Shown here: in pieces, positions 47,201-60,600 of the stretch | Position numbering within the stretch: the stretch's first letter is position 1 | How the letters are laid out: each line of letters opens with the position of its first letter | DNA from: Neodothiora populina | Taxonomy: Eukaryota | Direction of reading: 5' to 3' | DNA: 64,000 nt | Assembly: GCF_041146345.1 (NCBI RefSeq) | Contig: NW_027191406.1 | Coordinates: 1,364,001 to 1,428,000, forward strand | Translations under genes and position numbers: made by a program | Notes under the pieces: model-generated | The model's input: the letters and a program-made list of their open reading frames with translations, nothing else | What the model was told of the DNA's origin: nothing | Databases searched by the model: none

Positions 47201-49655
47201 GATGGGCTTGTTGTGAATATGGAAAAAAGATTCGTGGAAACAATTCGTTATAAGAGTCGAAGAACAGAGACGGCACAGCAAAGGAAACGTGTTCTGTAAG
47301 ATACACTCAGAAAAGGCAGGGACAGAGACGGTGATGGTAATCGTAGTGTTGAGAAAGAGCAGGAGCAAGGCAAAGACTGGGAAGCAAGAAAGTCGTGAAG
47401 CTAAGACCACGGAATGATGGTCCAAATGTCGGCCTTTTCTGTCGTTCCACACTGCACGCACTGCACCTCTTCAACTTTCTCCGCAAGTAACTTCTTAGGG
47501 TAACTCTCCCCATAGAGATCAGGGTGAGATATGCGCCTCAAGGGTCAATCCAACTGTGCCGCCTGTGATTCGCCGGATCTTTCCCTCTCCTCCTCCCCCC
47601 ATCAGCCGCATTGACGCGCCGAAAACAACCAACACGTGCAGTATGATGTACCGCTGCCACTACTCGAGTCTTCACCCCACGCTTCCACTCTCTGCTGCAC
47701 TACAGGTCAGGTACCTTACCACACTTGCAGAGTCACCGCCGCCCGGACCTCTTCCGCTGCTACTAGGAACCCCATCTCCCGAGTCTTCTTCCCCTCGGTG
47801 ATCGGGAGACTTCGTCACTGTAACCGGCAAGTCTTTTCACTGTGAACTTCTTTGTGTGTCGAGCACGACAACCTCGCGGTGTTGATCCGCAATATGCGCT
47901 TTGACTCTGCTCTACCCGCGGACTGATGGGACCTCTTCTTCTTTGCTTCTGCACTCCTGTCCTTTTCGTTACTTTCCAGACAGCCGACTCGAACTGCATA
48001 ATATGCCGGACGCCGAGGGGGTGTGTTTTTTGCCCTGTTTTGGATTGGCCCGGGACCCTTACCCTGCCCGGTACTTCTGTACCTCACCTTATCCTCGAGC
48101 TTGATCAGGTATCTTTTTTATCTTATCGCCTGCTCGCTCGCTTGCTGCTATCTTTTGTTTACTTAACTATTTTCTTTTATCAATCGATTTTATACAGATC
48201 GTATCCCACGAGACCGATGAACGCCTGTTTTCAGGATAGGCTTTCCCGACAGGTGTATACAGCAGCACGTCGACATATGCAGCGTGCATGCAACAATCTG
48301 TGGTTGGTGTGATTGTAATCTGCTTGTCTGCATCTCTCTCCATATGCTTGACAGTTCTCACATGTTCGATGCATGGTCAAGATCTCAAGCGGCCTCATGT
48401 CGCAACATGCAGGGCCGAGCTGAGCTTATGGTTTCCGCTCCAAGAGGAGGAGAATTGCTGTCGGGCGTCCCGCTATCGGAATTGGGCCGCACCGTTGACT
48501 CTATCGCTGCATGATCGAGCGGTTGTGCACCATCTTTGTTCTCAGTCCGAAAGAACTTTTATTACCTACAGTATTCTTACTTGTATTACTATACTCTGGC
48601 TGATAAGATTGGCCAAGCAGCTGTTGCTGCAGCATGGGGTGTGATTGTGCCATATGACTTGTCTCGGAATCACCAATCGCATAGCAGACTTACCTGATAG
48701 ATGAGTCTGACATTTTTCTCAGCTTTAATGCATTTGACCTTGACGTTGTTGTCTCCATAGTGTAAGACAAGGATCATATTGATTTGCAGTTACGGAGCGG
48801 GGTGATTGATACTACGCGAAGTGATGATCGCAAAGGTCAAGATGAATTGAGGTTGTGATGCGCCACGGCTACTTGACCATATGCACATAATACTTTGTGC
48901 AGAATAGCAAATCTACGACACGCGTGGGGATCCGGACATTAATTATGACCAATCTAACTTCGATGTCCAGAACGCTGTACAGCGTGATGACCACGCTGTA
49001 TTGAACCCAGCTACAGTGATTTCAGAGCGCTCTTCAGTCAGCACTGAGTGTTTCGTCGTCGAGTCCTCCTCGATAATAGCGGATTCGCATGCGCAGTGTA
49101 CGACCATGAGAATTGTAGAGCTCATGTGACGATGAAGGTCTGTATACCTAGTCGACGCGGTACACTTCTCCACTTCATGACTTGAAGAGAGTGTGTGACA
49201 ACGGCATAAGGTTTTCTGATGCTCGCTTCGTGATTGTATGATGCATACTCGCAGTCTCATGCTAGGTTTCTGAGATGACTATTCAAGAGTTCTACTTTTG
49301 TGAGCAAATGATACCCTCAATGTCCAGCTTGTGTCACACACTGGTATGATGGAGCCGTCAGCTCAAAAGAATGCCTCAAACCTCTCGAGTGTATAGTACA
49401 GTATATGCTCCACAGATAAGGGTGGGGCTCGATCCTTATCGGTGCATCTATGGTGGGCCTTGTTCTGCTGTGACCTCGTCTCATCATGGTCAGAATACAA
49501 TAATCGGTAGCTACTTCGCTCATGAGTAGTGTAGCTATTGAACACTTAGTATTCATATCTCGTACATAGAAGTTAGTAGAGCGAGGCCCAGGAACAAGTA
49601 GGACTACTTTACTATACAAACTGTCGTGACGAGCACCAAACAAACCTACTTCACG

Positions 49656-50705
49656 ATGGATATCAAGACATTCTACCAAAGCATGCCCAAGGCCGAACTC
49701 CACGTCCACATAGAAGGCACCCTAGAGCCAACCATGGTGCGGGATCTCGCATCCCGCAACAACATCCCCTTACCACGAGCACTCTCAGCACTCGAACTCA
49801 AAGGCACGAACAACTACGCCTTCGACGACCTAAGCTCCTTCCTAGCAGTCTACTACGGCGCCATGGGCGTCCTGCACACCTCCCAAGACTTCTTCGACCT
49901 AGCCTACGCCTACCTGCTCAAATGCCGCGCGCAGAACATCGTCCACGCCGAAATCTTCTTCGATCCCCAAGCCCACACGTCGCGAGGCGTGGCCTTCTCA
50001 ACTGTGATCACTGGCCTCCGAGACGCGCTCTCGAAGGCTCAAGTCGAACTAGGCGTCTCGGCGCAGCTGATCATGTGTTTCCTGCGCGATATGAGCGCCG
50101 AGTCGGCAATGGCGACTCTGGACGAAGCGCTCTCTTCTCCGTACAAGGAATGGATCTCGGGCGTCGGCCTCGACAGTGACGAGAGAGGGAATCCGCCTTC
50201 GAAGTTCGCGGCTGTCTTCACGCGTGCTAGACGTGAAGGTGCGGCGGCGGGATGGAAGCTGACGTGTCATTGTGATATCGACCAGGAAAACAGTATCGAG
50301 CATATCCGGCAGGCGGTTCGGGATATCGGAGTCGATAGGATCGATCATGGTACTAATATCGTTGAAGATGGAAAGCTTGTGGATGAGGTTCGTGGTAAGG
50401 GGATTGGGTTGACTTGTTGTCCTATCTCTAATTCTGTGGTCACGAGAGACTTCAAGGGCAAGGAGATGATGGAGCTTATGGACAGGGGGGTCAGGGTCAC
50501 TGTCAATTCGGATGATCCGGCGTATTTCAGGGGTTATGTCAATGAGAATCTGGCGTTGATGTGCGATGGTACGCATGTCGGTTTCAAAGAACTGACACAG
50601 CTTCAGCGCAATGCATTTATGATATCTTGGATCGATGACGAGCAAAGAAACAAGTTCTTGAAGTCATTGGACGACTTTGTGGAAGCATCTGGGGTAAAGC
50701 GTTGA
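49656..50705 (+). CDS. Adenine/adenosine deaminase-family amidohydrolase (variant active site)
   Basis: PKAELHVHIEGTLEP, EIFFDPQAH, GLDS, DRIDHG, CPISN, VNSDDPAYF; intronless; ATG at 49656. Confidence 0.9.
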   Translation: MDIKTFYQSMPKAELHVHIEGTLEPTMVRDLASRNNIPLPRALSALELKGTNNYAFDDLSSFLAVYYGAMGVLHTSQDFFDLAYAYLLKCRAQNIVHAEIFFDPQAHTSRGVAFSTVITGLRDALSKAQVELGVSAQLIMCFLRDMSAESAMATLDEALSSPYKEWISGVGLDSDERGNPPSKFAAVFTRARREGAAAGWKLTCHCDIDQENSIEHIRQAVRDIGVDRIDHGTNIVEDGKLVDEVRGKGIGLTCCPISNSVVTRDFKGKEMMELMDRGVRVTVNSDDPAYFRGYVNENLALMCDGTHVGFKELTQLQRNAFMISWIDDEQRNKFLKSLDDFVEASGVKR

Positions 50706-51620
50706 GCGATACATGTTCCATCAGGGATTACCCAGACAAACGAGATACATGTTCTGATGAGCTACGATACTATATAGACACTATTACTACATTGCAGAAG
50801 GCACCTGTCCCTTTGCACTACCGACGCTGTAGACTCTTGATATCTGCCCCCTGAAGGCACATATCCTCCACTATGATACTTCTTCCTACAGCCACCGCGT
50901 CGCGAGACACAGGCATTTACCCCTCTACAGTCCTTTCACTAGCGCTTGCGAGGAATTGATCTGACTGTTCCCAAGCCAGACGACTCCTCGCACAAGGTCT
51001 CGAGTTCCGTCATTATCCACCACTCCCTCTCCCTGCCACGAAAGGACAGAAAAGAAAATATGAACATATTCCAATGGTAAAAATTACTGCAATTAGAACA
51101 CGAAAAGCAAGCACGTTCCTTTTCTGGCATTTGGTTTCGGGGCGCAAAAGTCGTGCTTAGAGAGTGGGAGCGCCGCGACGCAAAATTTTAAGGTTTGACG
51201 GGAGCGAGTTCGCACGGTCGAGACATGCGAAGTTCTCCATGTCGGGTCTGTTGGGACACTATGTCCGGACTGGAGTGTTCTGTCGCAGGGTTAACCCTTA
51301 GCTAGACTCGATAGGCCTTACTGATCGAAGGACCATCCGGGAAGGCCAAGTGCCACTTCTTGTGTCGATGTGACTCTGCGATGCCTTTCTGCTGCTGCTG
51401 TCGCTATCGCATTGAAATGACTGAAGCAAAACAATAAAGACGACTGATAGGAATCGTGGATGCTCGATGTTCCAGGTTGACTGCTCAAAGTCTCGGGCCG
51501 GGGAGAGACTTCAGTCACACCTGTGTGTCAAAATGTCAGATGGGATGAGCAGGGTTTGGAGGGCTATGCGTGTTATCTGGTATGCGTGGTGATTCAGACA
51601 CCAGTATGAACACCATTCGA

Positions 51621-51965
51621 TCAGGCGAAGCCACGAGTAGTAATCACAGGACTCTGCTTCATGTCGTGGTCGTCAAGACCCTCGTCAGTGTGGTTTGGGG
51701 GCCAGTATGAGCTTGGAGGCTTGCTAGGCATATACGAGCTCGAGCTGTCCGACCCAAAGAGAGGTCTGCCAGCGCCAGCTTCCAAGTCACGCACGTTGGA
51801 CTTTTGGACCTGGCGCATGTACTTGGTTTGGTCGTAGCTAGGCGCGTAGTAGTTATGCTCGTCGGCGGGTCTGCCTAGTCCACTTCGGCTAGCCACGACT
51901 GCGATGATAGCAGTCAAGGCTACCGAGCAGACGATGACTAGCACAACTATGGCAAAGTGCTGCAT
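51621..51965 (-). CDS. Small hypothetical protein with one N-terminal transmembrane helix
   Basis: 114-aa ATG ORF, hydrophobic residues about 4-25, followed by a Q..YMR.V...N segment and a Ser-rich tail. Confidence 0.6.
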   Translation of the reverse strand: MQHFAIVVLVIVCSVALTAIIAVVASRSGLGRPADEHNYYAPSYDQTKYMRQVQKSNVRDLEAGAGRPLFGSDSSSSYMPSKPPSSYWPPNHTDEGLDDHDMKQSPVITTRGFA

Positions 51966-54366
51966 GATCTGAAGGCTATCGGATTGATGTTATTGCTTTA
52001 CACGAAGATCTATGAAGCTGTCATGTCAGCATATAGCTTGTCACTGTGATCAGATAATGAACATGCTCACACCGACAATAGCGGCCACAAGATATAGGCT
52101 CAAAATCTCGTGCAGAGAGTATGAAAATCGTGACAATCTTCTGATAGTTGATATATTGTACTGAGCGTGATTGAACGAGAGATGTAGTATAAGAAAAGAG
52201 AGAGAGAACAAGATGGCGATACAAGAACCGGATATAAGGAGCTATAGGTTTGTGTCGCGGGATGCAGCGGAGTCAGACAGAGAAAGTTCTGGTAAGCTAT
52301 AGGATATTCGGCATGTGGACAAACAAGCGAAGGAAAAACATGAGAGAATACCAGATATGAAGCAACGGAAGATGCTACACTATATCGTATCATGTTGTTG
52401 ACACGTCCACCTGCCATCAATATATCTTAGTTGCCTGTGTTATGTCTAAACGTTCATCATGCAAGTGACCGGCCAGGTCTTGTCCAAGGCTGACGTATTG
52501 GGATTGATTGGTTGGTATTGGATGAGGATTGGAGGGATGGCCTCGACACAGCCACTTTGCTCGCGATCAAACTTGGCCGGATTGACAAATCCGATGTCCA
52601 TACCCCACTCGGCATCTGCGGCATATGAGGAGGTCTCACCACTTACCGTATAACAATGGATCTCAGGGTAAATAAGTCGCAGGCAAGAAAATCTTCTCGC
52701 ACACGACATGCTTACTCGGCCAATTGGTAGCTTTTCATCAGGTGGTGTACGTCCAGCTTGCTGCTAATCATGGCGCATATTCGCGTAAACACTTGATCCT
52801 CCTGTGTTCGTAACATACTTCGTAGACATCACAAGAGACTCGTGCTCTACCTGTTTACATCGTTCAGCATGCATAAAACGATCGAACATCACAATTCGCG
52901 CCCTTGAAGTCAATAAATCGCATGTCTTGTGCTTCATGACAAGTGGGTGACAGCCACAGCAAGTTGACAGAAGAGGACTGCTAGAGCCAAGATATGTATG
53001 CGACGTTTGATTGAGAGTGACAACAACTGTTGGAAAGACGTGTATATCGATCGAGATCCTGTGTGCATAGCACATGGATGGTGCAACAATCAACTTGCGG
53101 CATGTGGTTGCAGGAACTTCCGTGATTGTGTCAGCGGAATTAAAACCATAATGTCAAGCCGAAGCGGATGCTGGGAGCACGAGGCACCGATTGGTCATTG
53201 GCGACACGCAAGCCTCGGTATATCGTCGGAGAATCTCAGTTGTTGATACTCGGGCATGAGGATCCACGTGCAATAGTAGAACCATATGAAAAGCTTCTGT
53301 ATATGAAATTCATGGCAATCCACGTGAGGCCTGAACGTTAGGTACTGGCAGAAGCTGTGCGCTGTCTGAATGTTATGCGGTACTTGTACATCTTCTTAAA
53401 TGCTCGTGGACGTCGAGCGCATACAGCAGCGCATACAGCACTTGGGAGCACGTGTGTTCGATTCGGCCGATTGATTCCGAACAGATTGTTTCCAAGAATA
53501 TCGGTCGGAACTGCTTCATTTCCAGCAATGCTGGTCAGCAATGTTATGTAAGAAGGATTATACCGAGAAGGAAAATTTTGCAAGCACCTGTGGCGCCCCG
53601 AGCAAGAGCAGTTAGGCATAATTCTTCGCAGCTGACTGATGCTATCATGTTGTCCGTTCCTCAGGCTCCTTCTGAGATATCATGATCCGAACGAGGTCTG
53701 TTATTAGGACAACAGAATCCGTCTTTAGCACCACTCTGATCAGGTTGGCCTTGTCAGTCCACAAGGTCTTGGGGACTGGATCCTTCTTGCTGATCACACA
53801 AAGTGGTATCGCGGCAATCGGGAGCCGAAACTCTACCTTGTGGATTATATCATTGTATCATCTGGACGGATGCTGGGATTGTTGGCCTGATCTCCAATAT
53901 GGTCGAACTCTGACTTATAGAGGCTACCTACTCGAAACTCTCAGTCCTTGTTGACTGGGCAAGCCCTAGTGCAGGCCTACATAACAGACTAGGGCTTGTT
54001 CCTGTTCGTCGCAGACGAACAAGTGTTCGCGGTCCTCGTGACATCAATGCGAAGATCACCTCCCCACAACTCTCTCTCCACATGCAACTCCACATGCGAC
54101 TCCGCAAGGTTACAGGGTTCTCCGCGCTTTCTTCATCTTTAAAACCACAAACATACCAACCATACCTTAATTGGTGTTTCTCTACTCTGATGGTTTAAAG
54201 CTAAGACTAGGATTGAGGCGGAAGCCCTCTGTTAAGGTTCTGCGATCGGTGGAGTGCACCCCGAGACCTCTCGCGAGTAGTTATAGCGAGTTAGACTGAC
54301 GTCGTAGACTATGCATATACCGCCTTTTCCTTGAATATGCATCTGCATTCTGGATGTGCCGAGGAT

Positions 54367-54375
54367 CTATAAAAG
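54367..54375 (+). promoter_or_regulatory. TATA box candidate for the GH78 gene
   Basis: ctataaaa about 70 nt upstream of ATG 54442. Confidence 0.5.
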
Positions 54376-54441
54376 GTAGGGAAAAGTTCTCTATGGGGCC
54401 GATACATTGTGAGTATACAACTCAATCAATTTGCATGCAAG

Positions 54442-56791
54442 ATGTTCGGTAGGTCTTCTGCAGCTATAGCTGTGTTCTCGCTTCTATGGAGCATTCATCA
54501 TGTTCAAGCAACCCAATACTCTGAATATATTCTGGCGCCAAAAGAACGAGTCCTTGCACCAGTAAGCGTTCACCGCGCCAACGGGTCAGTCAGCAATGCT
54601 GCTGGTGTCACAGAATCGGGAAGCGGCAACATTGTCTTTTCGAGTGTCTCCGCTGTGACATTCGACTACAGCAAAAACATCGGCGGCTTGGTTTCTTTTG
54701 TTGTTGATCAGGTGTCCGGACCAGGCCAATTCATCGGCATCTCTTACTCAGAGTCATCGATGTGGATCACTCCGGATGGCTCAGACGCTACTCAGAATAC
54801 CGCCATTGACGAAACATTGTGGTTTGAGATCACCGGTCCCGGCAATTACACGGTTGACGAGAAGCACGATCGTGGCGGTTTTCGATACCTGAACATTTAC
54901 CACAACACCACAGGGAACATCTCACTCAGCGAGGTCACCACATATTATACTGCGATGCCGCATTACGCCGGTGATGCGATGGGAAACTATACTGGGTACT
55001 TTCACAGCAATGATGAGAAGCTCAATCGTGTCTGGTACGCTGGTGAGTTATAACTTTGACTGCTGCTTCTAGATTTATATTTTGACTTACGTACACTCAG
55101 CCGCCTATACATGTCAGCTATGCACAATTCCCAGCACACACGGCAACTCCCTGGTTGACTTGGCTGCTACGGATCCGGATGTACCTACGTTCTGGTACAG
55201 CAACTCTACCCTCACCAATGGGATCTCGGCGCTTGTTGATGGGGCCAAACGAGACAAGCTGATCTGGCCTGGTGACTTCAGTATATCAGTATGTGCTCTA
55301 TTCCATAAGGGATCCAGATGTTCAGATACTATAATGGCGACTAATGGCGTGAACAAAGGTTCCTGGTGTCTTCTTGTCGACAAATGATGCAGTCACGATT
55401 AAGCTATCCCTCGATCAGCTCTTCGCAGATCAGAAACCGACCGGTCAACTCCCTTACTATGCGCAGCCTGTACTCGCCATCCCCCAAAACGACTTTTTGG
55501 AGTTCGGACGTACTGTCTGGTCCTTCACCTATCATCTCTACTCTATACTTGGACTGAATATTTACTATACCTACACTAGCGACTTGGCTTACCTACAGGA
55601 GAACTGGAACCGAGTGGAACTCGCACTCAACTACAGCTTGAGCTTTATCGATGAGACTGGACTTGCAAATGTGACTGCTAGTGCCGATTGGCTGAGGGTC
55701 GGTATGGGTGGACACAACATTGAGGTATATATGAACCTTGTGAGGATTTTTCCCCTCAGCACATGACTGACACAAAACAGGCGAATTCGATACTGGCGTA
55801 CACTCTAGACACGGCGATAATCTTAGCCCAAAAACTTAATCAAACCGCTCATGTCTCGAAATGGACCAACACATCATCGACGATCAAATCGGCAGCCAAT
55901 GCTCTTCTCTGGGACTCTGCCTCGAATCTCTACTTCGACAACGAGACCACTACTCTCCATCCTCAAGACGGAAATGTATGGTCGATTTTATCTGGCGTCG
56001 CATCATCTTCCCGCGCGAGAGACGTAAGCACAGCCCTGGTGAACCGATGGACACCATACGGGCCACCAGCGCCCGAAGCAGGCGTGACAGTATCGCCCTT
56101 CATCTCCTCATTCGAGCTCCAGGCACATTTCATCGCCGCCACCACCCCAAGTACAAACAGCACAAACAGCAATAACACCAACCCCGCAACCTTGGCTCTC
56201 GACCTCATTCGTCTCATGTGGGCAGACTTTATGCTCGACGACCCGCGAATGACAAACTCGACCTTCAACGAAGGATACTCCGTTACGGGTGCTCTCTCCT
56301 ACCCAGCCTACGCCGACGACGCTCGAATCTCTCACGCGCACGGCTGGTCCACGGGTCCCATTATTGCTCTGACGAACTACGTCGCCGGACTGCACATCCT
56401 GGGCGACGGCAAATGGAACGTTAGACCCCAGCCGGGAGATCTGGAGTCTATTGAAGCGGGCTTCAAGATTGCAGAAGGCAAGTACTGGGCCGAGTATCGC
56501 TCTGCCAACACTACTACCCCTAGGTCAGCGACAGGAGGATTCGTTTATGAGTTCGGTACTCCCGAGGGAACAAGTGGTTTGTTGACGATTGACATTCCAA
56601 CGTCTTGTGCGGACGCAAGGGTGGAAGTGTCAAGCAAGGGAACAAAAGACAAGAGACACGGCAAAAGCGGCAGCGATGACAGCGGCAGACATGTCTACGG
56701 TGGGGGACACCATGGCGGTGCCGCTAACGGAACTATTGTCTTGGACAATCTGGAAGGTGGAGAGTACGTGGTCCACGTCTCGTGTTCTTGA
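54442..56791 (+). CDS. Secreted GH78-type alpha-L-rhamnosidase; exons 54442-55042, 55101-55288, 55359-55724, 55781-56791
   Basis: Signal peptide, RGGFRYL, LNRVWYAAAYT, DGAKRDKLIWPGD, HPQDGN, SPFISSFEL, EGY, SHAHGWSTGP. Confidence 0.88.
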
Positions 56792-57635
56792 CTCTGAGAT
56801 TGGTTTCGAGCATGAATGATGGACAGTGATGTAGCTTCTCTGGACGACGTGTGTAACAGCTTCATAAGTCCGACCAAGGACGAAAGTGAAAGAGGAAGGC
56901 ACAGGGAGAGATATGGTGAAAAAAAGCGATGAGGAAGCAAAACTGTACGAGAGAGCTTCGTGCTATGCCACTTCTTCACTCATGCCCCATTCCCGTCCTC
57001 GAACAGCAGTCTGTTCATTCGTAGGTAAGGTACAGTTGTGCAGTGCACTAATCCATGCCTTTACTTCATCAACATATTCTCAAAAAGCTGTTTGTTCGCT
57101 AGTAATGCAACAAGTTTCACTCGTGTGTGAATCTGTCGCTCGTGATGTGAGAAAAATAGGAACCTCTGTGTATCAACTCTGTCCATCTTAGCCTGTCTCT
57201 GGCTGGCCCATGAAGAAAACAGAATGAATGAGCACTCGCGTGAAGGATGAGATTAACAGCTCGAATGGGATGTATAGCTGGATGAAGGGATCGATAGTTG
57301 AAGAACTCAATGGTGCTTTTCACTCTAGTGATGAGAAACCCAACCGTCGAATACGCTCATTCCAACACCCACTCGCTGGCACGCTCGCCTCTGGCAAAAG
57401 ATAACCAATGACAATGTCCAAAAACAAGCAACAGTAAAAATGACAAGGAACATGAAGGTCCATCTCAGGACGACGCATGTCATATTAATCCTTCTTTGCT
57501 CACGAGATGATAAATAGCAATGTGTCGAACAAGCCGCGCCTATCCAGATAAGAACATGAGAATATCCAGAAATGCTCCGTACAAAACGAGGCTAGACACA
57601 CCGACCAACACGCTAGAAAAGCAATGCGAAAAACA

Positions 57636-60600
57636 TCAGGAACTCCTCGCATGCACCTCTTCTGCGCCATCCGACTCTGAGATTTCATCCTCGCCTTGGC
57701 CCTTCCCTTGTCTCTGTCCTTGTTGATCAAGTTGTCCTCGTCCTTCATCACCACCACCCTCACGAGCTCCAGCAGGAGCATCAGAAGCAGAAGTGACAGC
57801 GTCAAAGAACCTCACTGACCTCCCCGTAGTCATTGGGCCAGCGGCGCCGAACCCTCCGCGTACACTGCGTGCGAACAGTCTGCTTTTACCGAATGCAAGG
57901 GGCGTCGTGCTGCCTGTCACTGGGTGCTCTTGCGCACTGACTCCATTGAGCAATTCACCTCCTCCTTCTCCAGCTCGTCGAGAAAGAGTAGAAGAAGCGA
58001 ACGTTGATGAGGTGGGAGGTGGTCCACCGCCGAATACTGATCGCCCGAACCCTCCTGCGCGCATCTTGCGTTCGAAAGGCGTGACTTGCGGCGTAAGAGC
58101 GCTCATATCCCTCAGGCCTCCAGATCGGAAGGGCGCCGGGGTTGTGGACGCTAGGAAGTCGAGGTTGTTGTTTCTGGTCGGTCCGTTGGCTGTTGAAGGA
58201 TTGAGCTGTTGCTGTTGCTGCTGCTGGTGATGGGTAGGTGCGATTTTGAATGTCGAAGGAGGTGGTTGTGATTTGGACTGGCGAGCGGTAGAGGCGTTGG
58301 AAAGAGCTTTGAAGCGGGTCCGTTGACGCGCTGTTCGCTTCGAGGGAGTTCGCAGGTAGCCTGGCTGGGGGGTGTTTAGTGTTGACGGCGCCACTGCTGT
58401 GGGGTCAGTCGTTTGTTGTTGCCGTCGTCCGCTCAAGGGCTCGCACTCTTCGTCGAGTGTGGGCAGCATGTTATTGCTGTTGTTGCCGAACTCTCCGAGT
58501 AGATCGAATGACGTCCATTCTTCTGCTTTCGCGGTCGTGGTGCTGGCTCCAAAGTCCATCTCGTTCTCATCGTCGTCATTGAAGTCGTTGTCGCTGAACA
58601 GAGCATTGTCCGGTAGATGACCTGTCGTGGCTGGCCTTGCAAATGGCGTTGGAGGAGGGCGCGGCTTCCTCGCCGACGGCAGTCTCATGCTACTAAACAT
58701 ATTCGGGGTTGGCTTCGAGGGGCTTTCAGGGTCTGCTATTGTCTTCAGAGCTTTCCGCTGAACAGCCTGATCGGCCCAGTAGCGGACCATGTTACGCCGA
58801 TGCTGTTCTGAATTGCGGTCTTTGAGGGCCGAGGCATTCTCCTTGTTGCGTTTGAGACAGAAAACTTGCCACTTCATGCGTCGCATCATCTCGGATTTGA
58901 TAGCCGTGTGCACGGTTTGCTCAGCATAATTGTCTGCTTCTTGGTGATTTGATAGGATCAAAGTACCTCTGGCAGTAAGTTGGGCAACGCAAACCTCAAA
59001 CAGTCGACGCACGTAGACTTCTTCGGACTGAGCGTTCATGTCTGCAAGGTGTGCAGTCATTTGTCGCCATCCGTCGAATGCAATCGTGCCGAGAGCAAAG
59101 AGCCTCGATTGATATCGTTCGCTGGCTTGCACCTCCATTTTACCGACTGCACTGCTTCTCCGACGCCAATGATCGAAGAACTTCTCCACAAGACCAGTCT
59201 TCACTCGTCGTCGTACAGTCGAGTAGGCATTCCTTCGTCTGGTCCTCTTCGCCTCTGCGGTAGCTTCTTTCCAATGGGCCAAAGTCGAATGGGTGAGACA
59301 GTAGTATCGAGCGTCTCTCGACCACTTGTCCAATTCCTGTACCCTTGCGGTTCTCTCCTTCCAAGTGGGAATAAAATGGCAAATAAGACGAGCATTGCGG
59401 AACTCCAGGGCCTTTCGTTCTAGCATCTCTTCATGTCGAGACTTTCTATTCAGCGTCAGCATTGTAGACTGTAAGAGTCGCCGTCGCTGGTTCTCCTGGA
59501 AAATGGCCTCGGCTTCCCCTAGTCTAAAATGCAATTTGGTCAGTCGAAGACTGATGATCTCGAATGTGCGTTCCACGAGTCGGTAGTCCATCATACGTCG
59601 GAACAGAGCGAGACGGTCGGCAAGAACCCATTTATAATAAGTCTCTGCTTTGACTCGCTCGTCAATCATGTTAGTCACCACCTTGATTCTCAGAGTGTCG
59701 TTCCAGTTGGTAACCGCATTTCGAAGTATTCGGTGTCGATGGAATTCCGCAGCTTGTTCGGCAAGCGCTGTGCTGTGAGTCCAGATCGATACGGTCTTAA
59801 CAGCCAGACGAGTAGAAGTTTCTTGTTCATACTGTCGCCAGCGGGGTGCAAGCTGCGAATGCTTTCTCAACGTATTGAACGAACGCGATAACAGAGAAGT
59901 ATTTCTGTGGCGTTTGGCTTGGGTCTCTAGCAACGTGACAGACTGGCCTTGCAGACCCAGAGCTGCAAGAGCATTTCGCAACAGGTAATACCGTCTCATA
60001 TCCTGCGCCGTCTGATTCAATTGGCGCATTCTGAAGGCATGGGCGGTGATCTTCGACAGAGCAGACCTCTTCGTTCGCGCATCCCTCCAGATCGGAGCCT
60101 GGCGTTCACATAAGGTCCAAAACCACTTCCAGTATTGTTTCTCCACAAGATTCTCCTCGTAAATTGCGAATGCTCGTTGATGCTCGACCCCCCGCCTCGC
60201 AGTCTTCTCTCTCCATACCGAAAACCACTTCTTCAACCCAACTCGGCGACACTTGAGCTCATTGACTGCAGTGATGTCCCTCCAGGCGTTGAAGTACCGG
60301 ATGCGAAGAAGATGGCGTCTAGCGACGTTTGTTCTGGCGACTTCTTCACCAGCGCAGCGAGACCAGTGCGTGAAAGCCTTGTTCAGGAGAAAGAGATTTC
60401 TTGCGCGGGTGGCTCGACGGTCAAGATGGTCAAAGAATCTCTCGGTCTCAGCTTGGTTTAGTCGATTGTCGAAGTTGATCTGCCACAGCGAGAAGGCCTG
60501 ATTTAGTAGGATCTGTCGGTCGTGGTTGGCAGCGATGCTGGAAAGGTCCTCTCGCATCTGACGCTGACGGATAGTATGATCATGCCAAAGGTGAAGGACG

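Noticed and set aside
51287..51298. AGGGTTAACCCT as telomere fusion or piggyBac junction
   Set aside because: Less than one full repeat on each side, no extended terminal repeats or transposase
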